The position numbers were made by a program, and so were the translations under genes. Below the pieces are notes generated by a model. It was not told where the DNA came from, did not search any database, and saw only the letters and a list, made by a program, of their open reading frames with translations. A DNA stretch of 64,000 nt, from assembly GCA_001179505.1 (NCBI GenBank), contig CDMY01000227.1:496001-560000 (forward strand), given 5' to 3'. Shown in pieces: positions 37,850-51,333 of the stretch. Position 1 is the first letter of the stretch; each line of letters opens with the position of its first letter. This stretch comes from Vitrella brassicaformis CCMP3155 (taxonomy: Eukaryota > Protista > Chromerida).

Positions 37850-38259
37850 CCGACAAGGCCGGCGGTGAAGGCAGGTGGCTGCGTGTGTATCGTGGTGAAG
37901 TGACCCCAGCGCTTTTCGCGGATGGGTTTCTGTCGGAGACATGTGTGCCCGCGTGTGTGCTGCGACATGGCGATTTGGTGGCTGTCTTGCCTGCTGACGC
38001 ATGTGGGTCCGTTTGAGAATGCCAAAAGAGGCTGCGTGAGCTGCAAAAGGAATTTGCATGTCGGACCAACCCAAGTCACAAACACACAATCCTTAAAGCC
38101 GATATGCACACACCAAATGGTACGTATCTATGTCTATGTGACTGACGTGGTTGGATGGATGGATGGATGGCTCAATTCTCGCTTCGTTTCGCAATTTCTT
38201 TGTTCCTCTCTCTTTTCTCCCCCCACTCGTGTCCATGCGGTCGACTGAGGCACGCCTTT

Positions 38260-39917
38260 TTACGTGTCTCGCCGCAGCTGTGCTGCCTCAGCAGCGAGGC
38301 CCGAAAAGCCACAGAAGGATCCACCATGGCCTGCCGCAAGCAAGGGCTGCTGGATGCTGGCCCACCCCTCTGGTGGCTGACGTGCCGCGATTGATGGGAT
38401 GGCGTCGTGTGACGGTTGCTGCTCGTGATGGTGGTGTGTTGACAGTGTGTGGGTGTGGCATGACGTGTCTTGCTGTGAGGTGTCTTCGCCCAGGCGATGG
38501 ATGAGGATGGGGAGGAAAAGGCTTGCCAAAGAGGTACCCAGGCAGAGGTAGAAAGACGACCTGCATAAGGGATGTGCACACAGACATCATAGATAGATAG
38601 ACATACACACACACACACACACGCATATACGCATACCCGAGGTATGGTTGGCTTGATCTTTGTCGGTCCCACTCTGTGGGAATCAGCAGACGCTGCGGGT
38701 CGATCTGATGATCACGTATTTAGCACAACTGGTTGTGTGCATGTCTCTGCCAAACCTCTGGACCCACCTGTCGGAAGTCAATTATGTCCCAGAGGCCGTT
38801 GCATTGCGCGTAGCAGATCAAGGCCATGAGGGACGCCAAGCCAGCAGCGCAATACAACGCCAGCACCACCAGATAAGTGGAGAAGGCCAGCACAGGCACC
38901 GACCCCTGGGCCGCACTTGGCTCGGTCGCAGACGCCGATGCCGATAAAGACGCCGATGCGGATGCGTGAGTGGTTCTCTCTTCTCGCGGTGTGTCGTCCT
39001 TGTGGATGGTGAGTGGCCCCGCGGGAGGTGAGGGAGGGGTAGGGACCATGTAAAGCAGGAGAGCAGCGACCATCAGCCCAATGGCAAACACGAGGCAGTA
39101 TTCTGGCACATGAGGAACAGGCGGGAAGATGCTTATGCGCGGAAAGTACACCCATGTGTGTGTGTGTGTGTGTGTGTACCTGTCCAGAAAGACATGAGGA
39201 GAAGGTTTTCGAGGGCATCGCAGTAGACCAATGGATGGGAAGAAGCCACGTGCCAATCGCTCTCCTCACAATAGCGCTGACACACACACACACACACACA
39301 CACACGCGCACGTCGCATGTATGAGCCTTCAAATCGCCGGTTGGCTGTTTCCGCCCGCACCTTCGCAATGAATGCCAAGGGGCAGTCTCCCTTCGATGGG
39401 CATAGGGCTGACACCACCTCCTGCTGCACCGCACTCCATGTCGGAGGCCATGTGGCCGACCCAGCCGCAGCTGCACTGGCGCCTGACATGGCCACTGCCC
39501 CGATGCTGATGTCATTGAGCGAGGCCGCCACTTCCAGAGGCGGGGCAAGCCTCAACAATGCTGGATGGATGACACCAACCTCGACAGTCTGCCACTCGTT
39601 CCCTGTCAATCTGCAGAATAATGACATGCACACACGGACCGAGCTGCTCCATGGCCTCCTCAGATGTCTCACGCGATGAACCAGAAGAAGACACATAGAG
39701 AGGACACGACCACGATTCCCAGCAGCTGGAGGTCCTGTGTCTGGACGACATGGGTGCGGTGCCGGGCGTACGGCGGTAGCAGCAACAGGTCAGCGGCAGA
39801 TTGCGCCATGGCTTCCAGCAAGACTGCTGGTGGGGGCGCCCCCCAGGCCGCATGCATGCAGAATCTCCAGGATTCTGATTTGTCCTGCCTGCGCATCAAC
39901 CAAGGCAGGGGAGCCAT
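38260..39917 (-). CDS. Multi-pass membrane protein, possibly Frag1/DRAM/Sfk1-like
   Basis: Hydrophobic segments LLGIVVVSSLCVFFWFIA, PEYCLVFAIGLMVAALLLYM and TYLVVLALYCAAGLASLMALIC lie on plausibly spliced exons. The exon joins are not fully resolved, and the family call rests on loose motif resemblance. Confidence 0.4.
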
Positions 39918-40378
39918 TGGCAGAGAGCGGACAGTGCGCTTAAGACATTGTGAAATGCTGGCGTGGCCCGCCACCACGTCGGCCAGCCAGGCCAGGCACG
40001 TCAAGGCACGACGATAGCGCACCGCAGTGGGGTCAGCAGCTGGTGAGCGCTGCACTGCAGCATAGCGGTTCCTCATTGCAAGGTTTGTCTGAGATCCCAT
40101 GGCTGCCTCGCGCTAGATTTCGTCACGAGCGAGGCTCTCACAGAGAGCCCGGAAAGGGGCCGGCTAGGATTTTTTCATTTACCGCTGTTCAGCTTTCAGC
40201 AATGCAATGGTATCAATCCATCCAGCAGCCACTCATTATCCACAACTGATGCTGACAAGGCGCACAGATGGTGACGTGTCGTGTCTGTCCACCTGCGTGC
40301 TGTCATGGTAGTGCATTCTCACCATGCACAATACAGCCCAACACACACGTCTCGGCACCCATCGTCATCACCGCCCCT

Positions 40379-42971
40379 TCACCCTGCCTGCAGCTGCCCC
40401 AGCAAGTCTCTGGCCTTGTCGCACAGCTCATGGTCGGCGCCACAACACACACGCAATACCTGAACACAGCATTCACCTGCAGTAGATATGCGAGTACACC
40501 GTGGCCGAATCTCATGTATGACCTCGAAGGCTCTCCTCATGAGTGCATCGGCCTTCGACGTCTCTCCACATGCAGAGAGGATCTTGGCCGTGAGGAACAG
40601 CTGAAGACCGAACAGCGGCGACTGGGCTCCGTACAGGGCTGCATCACACAAGACGTAGATAGAGAATCAACCATTTTCCTTTACGTGCTTTCTGCCCGTC
40701 TTCCCCACGCACCCCGATAAGCTGGCAGGGTCGTCAGTGCGACTGGAGCGGCCTCAGCAAAGGCCTCGACGGAGATCAGGTGCTGCAGCCACGACTCGCG
40801 CAAACGATGAAGCCTAAGAGGACAGCGACGTGGGAAACCAGCTGTCGGGGAGTGGGCAGTGTCCTGCACCCCGGCATCCCTGCTCGCGTACCTCAGGTAT
40901 GCAGGATGAAAGGACGCTCCTGTCCCCATCAGGTCGTGGGTAATGGCCCTTATCTGCTGCTCCCCACACGCACATGCACTACCCTGCCTGGCTGCCGCCA
41001 CCCGGTCTTCAAGCACGCCGATAAGACCCTCATCCACACGGCCACTCGGCTCCTGACGTGTTGTGGTAGCCACCTCGTAGACAGCCGACTGCGCCAGACT
41101 CTCTTCAAGACGTGACCAGCCCCCCTCCTGTCTTCCCCACTTCTGCCGGGCCTCATCCATGTCTGCGGCAATGAGACGCCGACCGCGCCACTCACATGGC
41201 CATCGCCAGTCCCACCCATTGCCGCTGCTGCTGTGGGAACTGGTCTGCAGCGAGTCGTGGTCGCATAGAACTGTTCGCTGCAGGTGCTCCCAGGCTGACG
41301 AAAGGAGGTCGCCTGTTGGGGCGGTATATGTGGGACGGAATGAACCGGTAAGGGGCTTTACAAGGAAGGCGTCCACAACACCCTGTGAACGTATTCATGA
41401 GTGGATGGTTGCTGCACCGCATGTTAGTGCGTGACGGCTTACTTGCAGCGGTGCCTGGTCGTGTGTGTGGCAGAGTGGACACGAGCACTCGAAGAAGTAC
41501 TGCTCCTTCAGATAGCGACGCCGACCTGACGCATCCAGCCATGATGGGGAGAAAGCGACGCCATATAATGACGATACAGGCGATGTGTGCACTCCATGGA
41601 TGTCTGTCAGTCTTACTCACCTTCCGCTGTGTCCGCGACATCCAAATAGCTGATCGTCAGCTGCACCCACAACGCCCAACCCACATCCGCCATCGCTGGT
41701 CTTCTCGCTGATGACCCTTTCCTTCGTCTATTTCACCTCAGTGTCGGGTGTGAGGTCCGCCAGGGTGCGCACAGTCAGCCGTAGACCGGCGAAAGTCGCC
41801 ACACACGACGGCAGGCAGCTGTGCACACAGCACAGAGCACAAGAAGAGCGCTGTCGGACTGTCGATGGTATGTCTGCAACGGTGTGTGTGTGTGTGTGTG
41901 CGTGCGTGCGTGAGTGCGTCTGTAGCCTACGGACGAGTGGTTGAGGACAGCTGCGTCGGGGTAGAAACCCAAACCGACAGGCTGGTGAGTCCACCACATA
42001 CAGACACACATACCACACACACGCGACACCAATGAATGCATTCACATGATTACCCTCAGCCCGGACACGTACCCTCAGCTCTTCATCGCAGATGGAGAAT
42101 GCGTTGCATGAGACCTGAGCACACACTCCCCGCGCCACTCAGTGTGGGCGAATGGGCGATTTGTGGCTTCTGAGCAGACCTTGCACAAGGCGGCGAGGAG
42201 GGTGGTTTGGGCGGGACACCGATTGCCCACAGATGTCGCCCTCAGCATCTTTTCGGCCAGACAGCTCACTGCAGCTGCAATGTATCAAATGCATTGCACC
42301 ACCGCCAAGGAGCTCTCTGTCGGTCACTCACCGAAGCCTTCCTTCTGCCCATCAGTGAGGCCGTCAGGATCTGCAGACAGACAGACAGACAGACAGATAC
42401 ACAAACCAAACCACACTCATGCATTGCCTCCCAACCCACCCACCCATTCCCACACGTACCTCCTTTCAACGCCATGAATGAGTCGAGCGTGAGCGTTGAG
42501 GATGACCCTCCATCACCCACCAGCAGTCGTGAGATGATTTGCACCAGCAGCCGCAGCGAGGGGGTTGGGCACCGCGGATGGACAGCCTGGATCGCGCTGC
42601 ACTCCCATCGGTGCACTCGCCACGCCACTGACTGACACGCAGCGCCACAAAAGGCAACCGCCTACAGCACACCCAACACACAGACAGACTGGAGACTGAT
42701 CCACCGATCCATTGCGCGGCGGAACGTTACCTTACCACGTACGTACCTTGCATCGTCCGCACCGCAGCAGCCGCCTGCCTGGCGTTGCTTCCTTCAGACA
42801 GCCGCTGCACCGCCGCATCTGCACACTCTCCACACTGGGCGGCGATGTGCTGGGAGTGATGACATAGGCGAAGGGCTCGGCAGTGACAATCACCGAGCCG
42901 CGGGGGATCTCGTCGGCTGCAAAGAGGCCGCGGCCCTTCCTCGGATCTCTCCTCGTGACGGTCTTGGCCAT
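40379..42971 (-). CDS. SET and MYND domain lysine methyltransferase (SMYD family)
   Basis: KGRGLFAADEIPRGSVIVTAEPFA (SET-N); CSGC..LLRCGRCK..HRWEC (MYND); QVSCNAFSI, GLGFYPDAAVLNHS|CLPSC (SET-C); YLKEQYFFECSCPLC (post-SET); TPR-like C-terminus. Confidence 0.93.
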
Positions 42972-43070
42972 GGCTCCATCACCAAATCCGCGACGGATTC
43001 GTTTGCTCGCTTCTCGTGAAGCCGCCCGACGCCATGGGAAGGCTGATATGGAAGATGCGGCGATACATAG

Positions 43071-43080
43071 CTAAGCTCGC
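43071..43080 (-). promoter_or_regulatory. Candidate upstream element GCGAGCTTAG (sense to SMYD)
   Basis: ctaagctcgc on the + strand, ~100 nt upstream of the SMYD ATG. Confidence 0.5.
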
Positions 43081-43349
43081 AAATGTGGCGTCGGTTTCGA
43101 GAGGCAAATTGGCGGTTTTCCCTGTGCAGTGTGAGGACTGAGGGCTGCCAGGAGCTGAACATATTTGCTTTTCCAACAAGTCTTGACGCACAAGACGCGA
43201 GAGAGTCAACGCTGACGTTTCCCTGACCCTTTGGAGGATGGTGGTGACTTCTGCTATTGGGTCGTGACGCCTGCTCGTGCTGCCGATAAGCCACGGAGCC
43301 TGGCCTGCCTCTTTCAGCCGCCCTCCATAGAAAGAACGGCAGCAGCGCC

Positions 43350-43742
43350 ATGATGGGTGCGATGATTTGCGGCTGCCTGGAGCCACAGCGGTGCATTGTG
43401 GATCAGAATGAGATGGAGATTGGCTCCCCCCGCGGCGCCTCTTCATCGGCCTTCGCCGTCACCTCGCCCCCCATCAGTGCTCGGGGCGTCCCCCGGCCTC
43501 CCAATGTCCATCCCAAGGACGCCACGCCCTATGTCAACCGCTACCCCAACAACACCCTGCCGCACAACACGAGCATTCTCAAGTCTGCTCGCGTGTCGAC
43601 CGCCAGCCCACGGCTGTATAGTCCAGGAGCGGGAGTGCCCAAGAGCGCCGACAGCCTCCCAGCGTCGCAGCTGGGGACGCCGAGGCCGTATGACATCAGC
43701 CAACACGTATCGCCGAGGCCACTGGGACAGAAGGCCAATTAG
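43350..43742 (+). CDS. Small intronless Pro/Ser-rich protein with a putative N-myristoylation/palmitoylation N-terminus
   Basis: ORF (M)MGAMICGCLEPQRC.. of 130 aa, divergent from SMYD, with several SPR/TPR motifs. No family is recognisable. Confidence 0.6.
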   Translation: MMGAMICGCLEPQRCIVDQNEMEIGSPRGASSSAFAVTSPPISARGVPRPPNVHPKDATPYVNRYPNNTLPHNTSILKSARVSTASPRLYSPGAGVPKSADSLPASQLGTPRPYDISQHVSPRPLGQKAN

Positions 43743-46125
43743 CTTGCCTGGGAGGGAGAAGGGGAGGGAGGGAGGGGTGGTGTGGGTCAGGTTTGTGGCT
43801 TATTCCTCTCTGACAGACATGCACAACACTCGGGTGCCTGTGGGTCCGCTCGCGTGTGTGTGTGTGCGGTTTTGAACGACACTCCCTCTCCTGGCTGGTT
43901 CGGCTGTTGAAAGACAGACAAGACAAGACGACTGGCTGGCTGTTTGTGTGTGGCGTGCTGTGCTCTATCTACCTATCTATCTATGGCTGCATTTATATCG
44001 TGCCCTCCCCCCACTTGCCGTTTGTCCGTCCGTCCGTCCGTCCGTCCGTGCGTGTACAGCTCAACCACTGGCCGACTGATACGATGCGTACCTTGCTTGC
44101 TGCCTGCCTGCCTGCATACCGTTAAATAGTTGGATAGCGACCGACGTGTTTCTCTCTTTTTGGCGGGGTGATCTGACCATACACACATAGGTATGCACCA
44201 AACCCATACACACAAGTGCTGTGCTGCATGGGGGAGCATCGCACGCGAGACTGGATGGATGGCTGGATGGATGGACGGATGGCTGGCCATTTCTTTCTTT
44301 GTCGATTGGCTTCTCCCTCCTTCCCTGCCGGCCTGTCCGTGGGTGTTCGGTACAGTACGTGTGGAATGGAATGTGCGTGTGCGAGTGTGTGTGCGCATAG
44401 GATGCTGGCTTGGCGCCTGTCCGGTGAGATAAATACCTGCGTGCATGGCAAAGTAGAGAGGGAAACGAACGATCGGTGTACAGACGACGACCGGGGGTGC
44501 AGAGAATGTGTGTGTGTGGATGGATTGCCTGCCTGCCTGCCTGCCTGGCTTGTGCGTCTGGGAGAGTGTCTGTATGTGTGTGAATGAACCAACATGCGGC
44601 GTGGTGTTGTAATTTTGATTAAACGGTGTGATTATATAATATGATGGCGCCGTTGCTGCCTGTGCTGTTGGCTGTGTGTTGAGACCAATTCAATCACTCA
44701 ATGCCGCGCACTGTTGACTGCATGATCGGTCGGTCGGTCGTTGCATTAAATGGGAGTCATGCAGATATCAAGCACGGTCACTCACCTCAACCTCACGCAC
44801 ACCCACACCCTCATAACACCATCACCATCTCTCGATGGAGAACACGCCCACACGCCCATTTATCCATACCCGCCATCAAACGGTCTTGCCCACGGCTGCC
44901 GTGCCGGTGTGTCACGCAAACAGGCCAGCCCGGCCACGAACACGCCGACACGAGATGTGCCCGTGTCGACGCAGCCGTGGCCGTGTTGATCGGCATCCCG
45001 AGACACATCCAGCGAACACTTCTCATCTCACGTCATCAGATCTGTGTGCTCGCCCAGGTCCGTCTGTCCGTCTGTCTGTCTATGAGTGTGTGTAAAGAGA
45101 CCGACTACCAAATGACCGTAGAGACGCCACACCATGTACACGTACACGTACCCATCACACGCACATGCGTACGTACGTGTCCGTACGCAGCTCACGAATG
45201 AAGGAATGATGAATAAAACCCGCCACACGCACAAGCGATATCGGTATGATGCACTTGAAAGTGTCATGCAGCAGCGACCCGGCGTGCACGTCACATGACA
45301 TGTCATGAAATCAACCAGACAGACAGAGACAGATGTGGTGCGTGTCTCCCTCTTGGATGGCGGCGCCGCCCCAAAAAACAGGGGCGGGCGGCCGGTCGGG
45401 AGACACACCTCACATCACATAATACAACGCAACCACACACAGGGACACACACGGCACAGGGGGCAGGCAGAGTAGCAGTCAGTGCACTGAGCTAGCAGGA
45501 CCAGCGAAAAAGTCGTTCGTTCTTTGCATGTGTGTGTGTGTATGTATGTCACTGTGACAGAGCCGCGTCGACGGGTCGGGAAAAACGCCTGATGGACAAA
45601 CCAACCTGACATAATAATATATATATGTACGTGTGTGTAAGTATGTACCCCCTCCCTGTCCCCTCCCCAGGTCACGTCAGTCACACCACATCACAGCACA
45701 CGCACCCGCAACGCACACACCATGAGCAGACCACATGACACGCTCCAAAAACTAGCTAGCCACGGCCTGACGCACGCACGTATCTGTTGTAAAAGACGAC
45801 CATCATACGCACCGACGCCATCCGGCTGGCCAGTGTCACCCACGGACACGGCAGCAAAACAGCACACAGACAGGTAGACAGACAGCGATCCGTAAAAGCA
45901 AAATCTGTACACACAGGGAGGGAGAACACGTCAGGGGAAAAACCACGCACGGCCCGAAAAGAAAACAACACGACACACAGGGAGGGGTAGACGGGAGCCT
46001 AGACCTGCACGCCGTCCTGCTTGCCGTCCCTGCATCACACACACCACACCAAAAGAGAGTGAGATTCATACCAAGATCACCGTCCAGCCTCTATTGTGTA
46101 GTGTTGGTGAGCTGAGCTCCTCAGC

Positions 46126-48542
46126 TCACATCATGTCTTTCTCGGCAGCCATGTGCGCCCGTGGTGACATCCGCGGTGAGCCGCCAGGCGACATGCCGAC
46201 CCAGTTGTAGGCGGGGCCGCCGTGCTCGTCGAGGTCCATGCCCTCCTCCTCGATCTCCTTGCTGATCCGCAGCCACCCCATCATCTTGATCGCCCCGAAA
46301 GTCAGGCATGCCAGACCGCCCGACCACGCCGCGATGGCGAGGATGCCGACGACCTGCGCGCCGAGCAGCCCGCCCTGGCCCATGGTGAAGAGGCCTGACC
46401 CGTTGTGGAGCAGACCAAGGGCGAAGCAGCCCCACGCACCACACGCACCGTGCACTGACATCAAAACACGACAGAGAGACACGCATCGCATGAGTGTTTT
46501 TGACATGAGAAGCCAGTTGACTCTGTAGTGCGCCCGCCCACTCACCGCAGCTGGCCTCGAGAGGGTCATCGACGTGCAGGAGGTCGTTGAGCTTGGAGGC
46601 GCCGACATAGATGCATCCGGCGACGAGGCCGATGACGAAGGCCGCCCATGTCTCGACGTCGGCGCAGCCGGCAGTGATGCCCACGAGGCCGGCAAGGAAC
46701 CCGTTGGCCAGACCGGTGACGTCGAACTTGAAGCCCTTGGCAAAGTAGCTCTTGAGGATGAAAGCAATCCCACCTGTCCGCACACACGCACATGGATGCA
46801 TCTATGCATACATCGATGTCTGTCTGTGGCTCTCAGCAAGTCGCTTGCTGGCTGAGTGACCGACCGGCGGCGCCAGCCGAGATGGTGGTGTTCTGCGCAA
46901 CACGCGCGGCCTGGGCGATGCCTGCGCCTGAGATGGCGAGCGTCGAGCCGCAGTTGAAGCCATACCTGTCACACACAGCGACTTCCATTAGGCGCAACCG
47001 GGCGTCCGGTTCTGCTCTGGTGGGTGGTGGTGGGTGGTTACTTACCAGCCGAACCAGAGGATGAGTGCGCCAAGGCCGACGAAGGGGATGTTGTGGGGGT
47101 AGAACTCATAGGGGTCCTCCGTCTCAGAGTAGCGGCCCGTACGGGGGCCGCACAGCCACGCACCGAACCATGCCGCTACACCACCAGTCATGTGCACAAT
47201 GCCAGAGCCCGCGAAGTCTGACAGACAGCATCACACGATTACAGGGAGTGTCGTTGGTCTTGCGGGTTCACTCACTCAACTCACTCACTCACCGCTGAAG
47301 CCGAAGGTGGAGAGCCATCCGCCGCCCCAGGTCCAATGCACGATGATGGGGTAGATGAGGCCAATCATGATCACGCAGAAAGTGGCGTACGCCTCCAGAC
47401 GGGCTCGCTCCGCAACGGCACCCGACACAATGGTGGCTGACCACATGCAATGCAGCACAGCACACAAGATCGTCCCATGTACGCGCCGCGGGTACTGTGC
47501 TGTGACGGTGACTCGCAGTACCTCCAGCCGAGCAGAAGGCGAACTGGAAAAACCAGTCTCTGAAGTGGAGTGAGCCGGCGTCGAGATCATGGTCGTACTC
47601 GGCACTCGCGCCGCCAAACAGACTCGTGCCGAGGAAGCCACCGCCGTCGGCACCGAACTGACATCACACGCACCCACGCACCCCCGTCCGTACAAGAACG
47701 AAACGGAATCACACACCGGCTGTCTGCACGTGGGTGGGTGGCTGGCTGTGGCTGCTTACAGCGAGTCCATAGCCCCAGATCCACCAGACGATGACCGAAA
47801 TGGACTTGTCCATCAAGTTCTTGGCCAAGATGTTGGACGCGTTCTTGGCACGCACCGAACCTGCCTCAAGCATCGCAAACCCCTGCACACAACACACATT
47901 TGCAGCATGCGTGCGTGAGTGAGACAGAGACCCCCAGGCAGCTGTCTGTCTGTCTGTCTGTCTGTCTGTCTGCGGCTGTGCGAGTGAGTGAGTTGACTGA
48001 CCGCTCCCATGAAGAAGACGAGTGCGCCCGACATGACGATCCATGCGCTGTCGATGGAAAAGGTGAGCTCTTCGATGAGCGCATTCACCTCCTGGGCGTT
48101 GGAGGCCTTCCATGTGCATGTAGTCGGATCCTCCGCAAAATCCGCCTCGGTGCAGTCCCGATCATTCGCCCCCTCCCAGTTCTGGGCGGCCACACAGCAG
48201 CACCAGCACAGCAGCCGTGCACTCACACAGATGCCGGATCTTTGCCGTGTTTTGTCCCCTCACCTACCTTGCATCCCGCGGGGAGTGTGCCGGCGTCGAA
48301 GTCCTCTTTAGTGCACTGATTAGTGGTCAGCAGCCAGGCAACACAAGACAAACAAACCACGCAGGCGTGCGTGTGAGGCATCTGAGTGCATGCGGCCTCT
48401 TCTCCGCCCCTCCCTCCCTCCCTCCCTCCCTCCCTTGTGCTGTCAGTCTTCCCTGACTGACCTCAGTGTCCATGATGTAGGTTGCCGCCCTGGCGACGGC
48501 GAACAGCCCAAAGAGGGCGAGCAGAGCAGCAAGCGACCTCAT
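46126..48542 (-). CDS. amt: Ammonium transporter (Amt/Mep family) with a signal peptide and a short Cys-containing ectodomain
   Basis: FFM|[63 protein letters not shown]|[28 protein letters not shown]. Both pore histidines are present. Confidence 0.97.
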
Positions 48543-48834
48543 CTTGCGATGGTGCGATAGAGTGAGTGAGATGTGAGTCCGCAGGAAAGATCTCCGCAGT
48601 CACGACACCGTCTCACCACCAGGCGAGCTACTGTTCTCGAAAAGCTGGCCAAAACGGCCAAAGCTCTGACTGGCTGAGTTTCAAGTGCGAGACGATCGAT
48701 GTTGGCCAGGGAGGAAGGGTGCAGACAGACGAGTGTGTCCTGCAACGCAGTAACCAACCGACCGACATGCACAATCGCTGTGACGTTGGGGAACTCATGA
48801 TCTCTGGGAAAAGGCTCGGCTTGAGTTGCAACTT

Positions 48835-48844
48835 GCAAGCTTAG
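48835..48844 (+). promoter_or_regulatory. Candidate upstream element GCAAGCTTAG (sense to NAXD)
   Basis: One-mismatch variant, ending ~24 nt before the NAXD ATG. Confidence 0.45.
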
Positions 48845-48868
48845 CCGGCAGACCCGTGTTTTTCGTGA

Positions 48869-50789
48869 ATGCCCCGTGTCATTCGGGCTGCACTGCTCTT
48901 CATCATTGCAGCTGCAGTCGACACATGTGTTTTTGCGGCATTTTGTTCATCAGCATCACTTCCACGGCTCTTGAGGCACTCTGCGCCGTCGATGACTGAG
49001 CTGCAGAGCTCAGCCGGTCCACAGAAGATGACGACAAATGCCCTCATTCGATGTGAGAGAACACACATTCAACACACGGAATCGACTGTGTGTGCCTGTG
49101 TGTGTGCAGTGACTAGGTCCATCATCCCGCCCCTGAGCCCTTCGCTGCGCAAGGGGGATCTCGGTCAGATAACAGACAGATCTGAAGACCAGAGTGATCC
49201 GCAATGGCATCCACACACATCGGTTGGGTGCTGGGTCGTCTTCAGGGTGCGTGGCCGTGATCGGCGGGTGCTTCGAGTACACGGGAGCGCCGTTCTATGC
49301 GGCCATTTCGGCGCTGAAAACGGTCAGAGCGGACCAATGAAGGCATTCTGCTGTTAAGCAGGAGTGAGCTGCCTCTGCAGGGCGCCGACCTGGCCCACGT
49401 ATTCTGCACGCCGGGTGCCTCTGTGCCCATCAAGAGCTACAGCCCAGAGCTCATTGTGCATCCTGTAAGTGAGTGGGAAGACCACAGAAGGAAAGGCTAC
49501 TATACGCCGGCGCCATTCACTGATGGCTGATGGCTATGTTTCTGCTGACAGGTGCTTGCGTGTTCTAACGAGAGCGGCTCTCGGTCGCCGATAGACTCCA
49601 TCGAAGAGGTGGGCAAGAAAACAAAGTGTGCACAGCCTGTGTGAATCACAGTCACACAGCTTCTTTCCGGTCATTGTCAGATAGGGCGTTGGCTCAAGAA
49701 GATGACGGCCGTGGTGGTCGGTCCGGGGCTGGGGCGGGACGACGCCACGCTGCAGGTGGCGTCAGCCATCATGCAGAAGGCACGCGAAATGGACCTGCCG
49801 CTGGTCAGCCAGCGAGGAACGGACGGCGCACGGGGACAGCGGCAAAGCTGTGATTCACGTGTGTGCAGGTGATCGATGCGGATGGGCTGCACGTGGTCCG
49901 GCTGGACCCGCAGCTGGTCAAGGGCTACCGGCGGTGCATCCTTACCCCAAATGCCAACGAGTTCCAGCGGCTCCGAGACGCACTGCCCGCTGACAAGACG
50001 GACCCTGCTGCTGCTGGTCAGCCCCTCAGCGTCGTCAAAGAGAACCCTCAACACCCACTACCAAAAATAACAGGTGGGTACATTCATACGCCCGCTCCCC
50101 CAGTCCCTCGCAAACGGCAGATCTGGTGCTGTATGGGTGGGTGGGTGTGTGCAGAGGAGGCGTTGTCTTTGACGAGCGCGCTGTGCCGCGCCCTTGACGG
50201 CGTCACCATTGTCCGCAAGGGCCCGTCCGACTGCATATCCGATGGGCGCGTTGGCATGGTTTGCGCTGTCACCGGGGCCAGCAAACGAGCAGGTACCTGG
50301 CTGACTGAACAGACTCGCCGACCACACCTGTCTGTTGTCTTTCAGGTGGCCAGGGCGACGTCCTATCTGGCAGCGCAGCGACGTTTGTGTCGTGGGCGAT
50401 GAGAGGCACAGACGAAGCGGAAGGCCCGCCGAGGCACCTTCTTGCCTGCTACGGGTGGGTGGCCTTGGAGGATGGCATTCCCTGCTTCATGCATGCACAC
50501 ACACATGCCGCCTCTGTGCCTCCTCTCAGTGCGTGTGCGTTGACGCGGGCGAGTGCTGCCGCGGCCTTCGCAAAGAAGAGGAGAAGTGAGCAACCTGCAG
50601 CTGTCTTCAACCGTTCTGTGGACGCGCTGTGTCTGTTTTTTCCGCAGGCATGACGGCGCCGGATGTCATCAGCGAGCTCGGAGAGGCGAGCCAGAAGTCA
50701 GCCAGGGAGGCGTTAGTGCAGTCACTTTCTGTGCGTCGTCCTCCTGCTGTGTGTGTGGGTTGCAGGTGTTTGAGAGTCTGTGTGGATGA
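48869..50789 (+). CDS. NAXD: ATP-dependent (S)-NAD(P)H-hydrate dehydratase (NAXD/CARKD) with a putative bipartite presequence
   Basis: RKGDLG|[25 protein letters not shown]|[58 protein letters not shown]|GQGDVLSG. The N-terminus is [25 protein letters not shown].. Confidence 0.93.
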
Positions 50790-51333
50790 TGAGTGGGACG
50801 GGCGGGTGAGAGCGTGTCTATCAGTGTGTGACTTGCAATGGCATTACGTGAAAGATCTTGATAAGGCTCAGACACTACAGGCGCAACTTCGACGGGCGGG
50901 CAGACGTGTCGTGAATGGCTAGCGGACAGCCACTGATGGCGATCAAATGCCTTTGAGAGACGGTGTGTGTCTGCAAGGTGTGCATTGGGATGGGATGGAA
51001 GTGGGATGGGTTGAATGATGGGTCTATAGACCCTTTGTCACTTGACTAAACAAAGACACATGAACGGACAGTCGGCCATCAGATTATCTGTCACCCCAAT
51101 CGCACAAGGTAGTCTCAGTTATGTACAGAAAAGAATGCATATGCACAGTGTATCTCAATCGAAGGGAGAGGAGTACACAAACGGAAGACAGAACACCACT
51201 CAGACGTACGTACTACGTAGGACAAACACACAGTTCTTGAGACAATACACAGTTCAGCTCAGAACACGCCACACTAGACCACACCACACCCTCCATCTGA
51301 TTGATGGATGTGTGGATGCATCGCCCATCGGCT

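Noticed and set aside
44100-46100. ORFs between the small acylated gene and AMT
   Set aside because: They are translations of microsatellite-rich sequence with no domain or coherent splice chain; likely convergent 3' UTRs.
8609-50789. A damage-repair gene cluster (MsrB, HAD, NAXD)
   Set aside because: The genes are up to 40 kb apart and interspersed with unrelated housekeeping genes, so there is no evidence of functional clustering.
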